From a virus, in IMG/VR virus record IMGVR_UViG_3300025646_000024, positions 1-64,000 of that record: a stretch of DNA of 64,000 nt; one strand, written 5' to 3'. Positions 61,315 through 64,000 of this stretch are shown here, one piece after another (position 1 is the first letter of the stretch; the number at the start of each line of letters is the position of its first letter). The notes below the pieces were generated by a model. That model was not told the origin of the DNA, did not search any database, and saw only the letters and a program-made list of their open reading frames with translations. The translations under genes were made by a program, and so were the position numbers.

Positions 61315-61950
61315 ATGGCTAAGAGTATCTCAGATTTCAAATCATATTTAAAAAAAGGTGGGGCAAGACCTAACCTATTCCTCGTTAGATTAAATTTTCC
61401 ATCACAACTTAACCAAGTTTTAGATATTGAATCCCGTGGTGGATCTTCAGCTGGAAATTTAACTACTCAAGCTGAATTTTTAGTAAAAACAGCTCAAATT
61501 CCAGCATCAAACATTGGAACTATTGAAGTTCCATATCGTGGAAGAATGCTTAAAGTTGCTGGAGATAGAACTTTTGAACCATGGTCAGTAACAGTTGTAA
61601 ATGATGGCAATTTTGAAATTCGTAAAGCATTTGAAACTTGGTCAAGAGGAATTAATGCACTAACTGAAAACGTATCTCAGTTAGGTTATGGTGCAGATGG
61701 TGGAGCATCTTATTGTGTAGACATGACTGTATTCCAACTCAGCAGAGATGGACAAGCTCCAAGTAGAACACCAGACAGCAATAATTCTGGAACAGATGGA
61801 ATGGAAACCATTCGTGCATATAAGTTTTATGACGCATGGCCTTCAGCAATTTCTTCAATTGATCTTTCTTTTGAAGCAAATGACCAAATTGAAGAGTTTA
61901 CTGTAGAATTTCAGTACAACTTCTTTGAAGTTACCAAGGATAAAGTTTGA
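61315..61950 (+). CDS. gp19: Tail tube protein gp19
   Basis: GGARPNLF, V.YRGR.LKVAGDRTFEPW, IEEFTVEFQY. Confidence 0.96.
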   Translation: MAKSISDFKSYLKKGGARPNLFLVRLNFPSQLNQVLDIESRGGSSAGNLTTQAEFLVKTAQIPASNIGTIEVPYRGRMLKVAGDRTFEPWSVTVVNDGNFEIRKAFETWSRGINALTENVSQLGYGADGGASYCVDMTVFQLSRDGQAPSRTPDSNNSGTDGMETIRAYKFYDAWPSAISSIDLSFEANDQIEEFTVEFQYNFFEVTKDKV

Positions 61951-61985
61951 TACTAAATACTATATAAAGAGTTTTTAGGATTATT

Positions 61986-63683
61986 ATGACTCAATTATTT
62001 GGTTTCTCAATTGAAGACAGAAAAAAGAAACCAGCAAAGGCGTTTTCACCAGCGCCTCCTAATGATGATGATGGCACCTCAGTAGTAGCTGCAGGTGCCT
62101 ATTTTGGTCAATACCTAGACTTAGACGGTGTTGGTCAGCACAACAACGAATTTGAGCTGGTTAGAAAGTATAGAGAAATTGCATTACACCCAGAAATTGA
62201 TAGTGCTATTGATGATATCATTAACGAAGCAATCAGCAGTGATTTAGATTATGCTCCAGTAGCAGTAGAACTATCCACATTAGAAGCTAGTGATAAAATT
62301 AAAAAATCAATCAAAGAAGAATTTGGTAATATTTTAAGACTACTAAGTTTTGATAAAAAGTGCCACAATATCTTTCGTCGCTGGTATATTGACGGAAGGT
62401 TATATTACCATAAAATCATTGACTTTGATAAACCAAAAGAAGGAATCAAAGAATTAAGATATATTGATTCCCTCAAAATTAAAAGAGTACGAGAAATTAA
62501 AAGGCAAAAAAATGTAGATTCTCTAACCACCATGGAAGGTCAGAAGTATGACTATGGTGAGTTTATTGAGTATTACATTTATTTCCCAAGAGGCTACAAA
62601 GGTTCAGACGCCAACGGAATTAAAATTTCAAATGATGCAGTTACTTATGTAACATCTGGATTGTTTGACCACAACAGAAATATGGTTCTTAGTTATCTGT
62701 ACAAGGCAATTAAGGCTGTAAATCAACTTAGAATGATTGAAGATTCACTAGTAATTTACAGATTATCTCGTGCTCCAGAGCGTAGAATTTTTTATATCGA
62801 CGTAGGCAATTTACCTAAAGTAAAAGCAGAGCAGTATCTACGAGAAGTGATGGGTAGGTATAGAAATAAACTCGTATATGATTCTGCTACTGGAGAAATT
62901 CGTGATGATCGCAAGCATCTAAGTATGCTTGAAGATTTTTGGCTACCAAGACGAGAGGGTGGTCGTGGCACAGAAATCACTACTCTTCCAGGTGGACAAA
63001 ACCTTGGAGAACTTGAAGATGTCAAGTATTTCCAGAAGAAACTCTACAAGTCACTAAATATTCCTCTCTCAAGACTAGAGCAAGAAAGCTCATTTACCAT
63101 TGGTAGAACTAACGAAATCACTAGAGATGAACTTAAGTTTGCTAAATTTGTTGGTAGACTCCGTAAGCGTTTTAGTGAACTATTCCATGATCTTCTCAGA
63201 ACTCAGTTAATTCTAAAGGGAATTATTACTGCAGATGATTGGGAAGAAATGAAAGAATTTATTCAGTATGATTATATTTTTGATAATCATTTTACTGAAC
63301 TAAAAAATTCTGAGATGATGAATGATCGTCTCAATATTGTCAATCAAGTTGAGCCATATCTTGGCAAATATTTTTCAGTTGAATATGTTCGTAGACAAAT
63401 TCTTAAGCAGACTGATGATGAAATTGAAGAAATTGATATGCAAATTGAGAATGAAAAACAACTTGGAATTATTCAAGATCCGAATGCAATGATGATGGAT
63501 CAGCAAGGTATGCTTCCACCTGGCCAAGATCAAGCCATGCAAGGTGATATGGCTGCATCTGGTGAAGCTGGACCTGCTGGAGGTGGCATGTCTGGTGGTT
63601 CTGGTGGAGCTAACGGAACTGGGTTGGATGCGGAGTTTAAAAAATTTGTTTCTCCGTCAGATTACGGAAAGGGCAAATTTTAA
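61986..63683 (+). CDS. gp20: Portal vertex protein gp20
   Basis: WYIDGR, IYRLSRAPERRIFYIDVGNLP, EDFWLPRREGGRGTEI, ITRDELKF. Confidence 0.98.
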   Translation: MTQLFGFSIEDRKKKPAKAFSPAPPNDDDGTSVVAAGAYFGQYLDLDGVGQHNNEFELVRKYREIALHPEIDSAIDDIINEAISSDLDYAPVAVELSTLEASDKIKKSIKEEFGNILRLLSFDKKCHNIFRRWYIDGRLYYHKIIDFDKPKEGIKELRYIDSLKIKRVREIKRQKNVDSLTTMEGQKYDYGEFIEYYIYFPRGYKGSDANGIKISNDAVTYVTSGLFDHNRNMVLSYLYKAIKAVNQLRMIEDSLVIYRLSRAPERRIFYIDVGNLPKVKAEQYLREVMGRYRNKLVYDSATGEIRDDRKHLSMLEDFWLPRREGGRGTEITTLPGGQNLGELEDVKYFQKKLYKSLNIPLSRLEQESSFTIGRTNEITRDELKFAKFVGRLRKRFSELFHDLLRTQLILKGIITADDWEEMKEFIQYDYIFDNHFTELKNSEMMNDRLNIVNQVEPYLGKYFSVEYVRRQILKQTDDEIEEIDMQIENEKQLGIIQDPNAMMMDQQGMLPPGQDQAMQGDMAASGEAGPAGGGMSGGSGGANGTGLDAEFKKFVSPSDYGKGKF

Positions 63684-63723
63684 TAAATAGTTATTGTAAT
63701 TTTTATACATTATTGAGGTTTTT

Positions 63724-63969
63724 ATGTCTTTGTCACAAGAAATTGTTGATAGCATTATTGCTAGAAACAATGTAAATGCAAATGAAAAAATTTATGATGC
63801 ACTATATGGAATAGCTTCCGATAAAATTGGAATGCGAAGAGTTGAACTTGCTCAGAATATGTTTGCATCAGGTAATTATGAAGATGAAGATGATTACTAT
63901 GAAGAGGGTGAAGAAGTAGTCGAATATGAAGATGAAGATCAAGAACCAGAAGACGAGTACGAACAATGA
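63724..63969 (+). CDS. Small acidic prohead core-like protein
   Basis: Lies between gp20 and gp21; very acidic C-terminus. Confidence 0.6.
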   Translation: MSLSQEIVDSIIARNNVNANEKIYDALYGIASDKIGMRRVELAQNMFASGNYEDEDDYYEEGEEVVEYEDEDQEPEDEYEQ

Positions 63970-64000
63970 AACTAATCACAGAAACTATCGAAAATATTAG
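63966..64000 (+). CDS. gp21: Prohead protease gp21, 5' end only (truncated by the window)
   Basis: MKLITETIENI start and synteny after gp20. Confidence 0.75.
   Translation, partial: MKLITETIENI

Noticed and set aside
27850-63979. Many minus-strand and alternate-frame ORFs within structural genes
   Set aside because: Shadow ORFs of well-supported + strand genes
1-64000. tRNA or rRNA genes
   Set aside because: No cloverleaf with T-arm consensus or rRNA-like segment was seen by eye; a tRNAscan run would be needed to exclude them fully

Overview
This window is from a T4-like cyanophage (cyanomyovirus), almost entirely coded on the + strand. 1-19600: AT-rich region of short hypothetical genes. 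It holds two free-standing homing endonucleases, an RNA-repair cluster (RNA ligase 1, stand-alone 5'-kinase, Zn deaminase, stand-alone 3'-phosphatase), a late-promoter island (ADP-ribosyltransferase-like protein plus nuclease-like protein), an SF2 helicase and a metallophosphoesterase. 19620-20000: non-coding, origin-like locus with DnaA-box-like 9-mers in an 18-bp inverted repeat, four tandem repeats and a leftward sigma70 promoter. 20000-26350: array of promoter-led mini-cassettes that become increasingly GC-rich, delimited by palindromic boxes, with one duplicated three-gene module. 26400-64000: HNH nuclease, a reverse-strand kinase, then the virion module (PAAR, gp25, gp6, gp7-like, gp8, VrlC-like, fibre, gp13-gp20, start of gp21), which hides a 52-aa NblA-like ORF. 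Main observations: (1) the same late promoter/small RNA/terminator/late promoter/complementary-leader element precedes two unrelated endonucleases; (2) a 9-1-9 palindrome sits at a fixed distance upstream of -35 boxes, often supplies the upstream stop codon and matches a cyanobacterial LysR (RbcR) motif; (3) the origin-like locus; (4) basic late proteins with T4 capsid-targeting-like motifs and enzymatic cargo. All calls come from reading the sequence by eye; no searches or folding programs were run.
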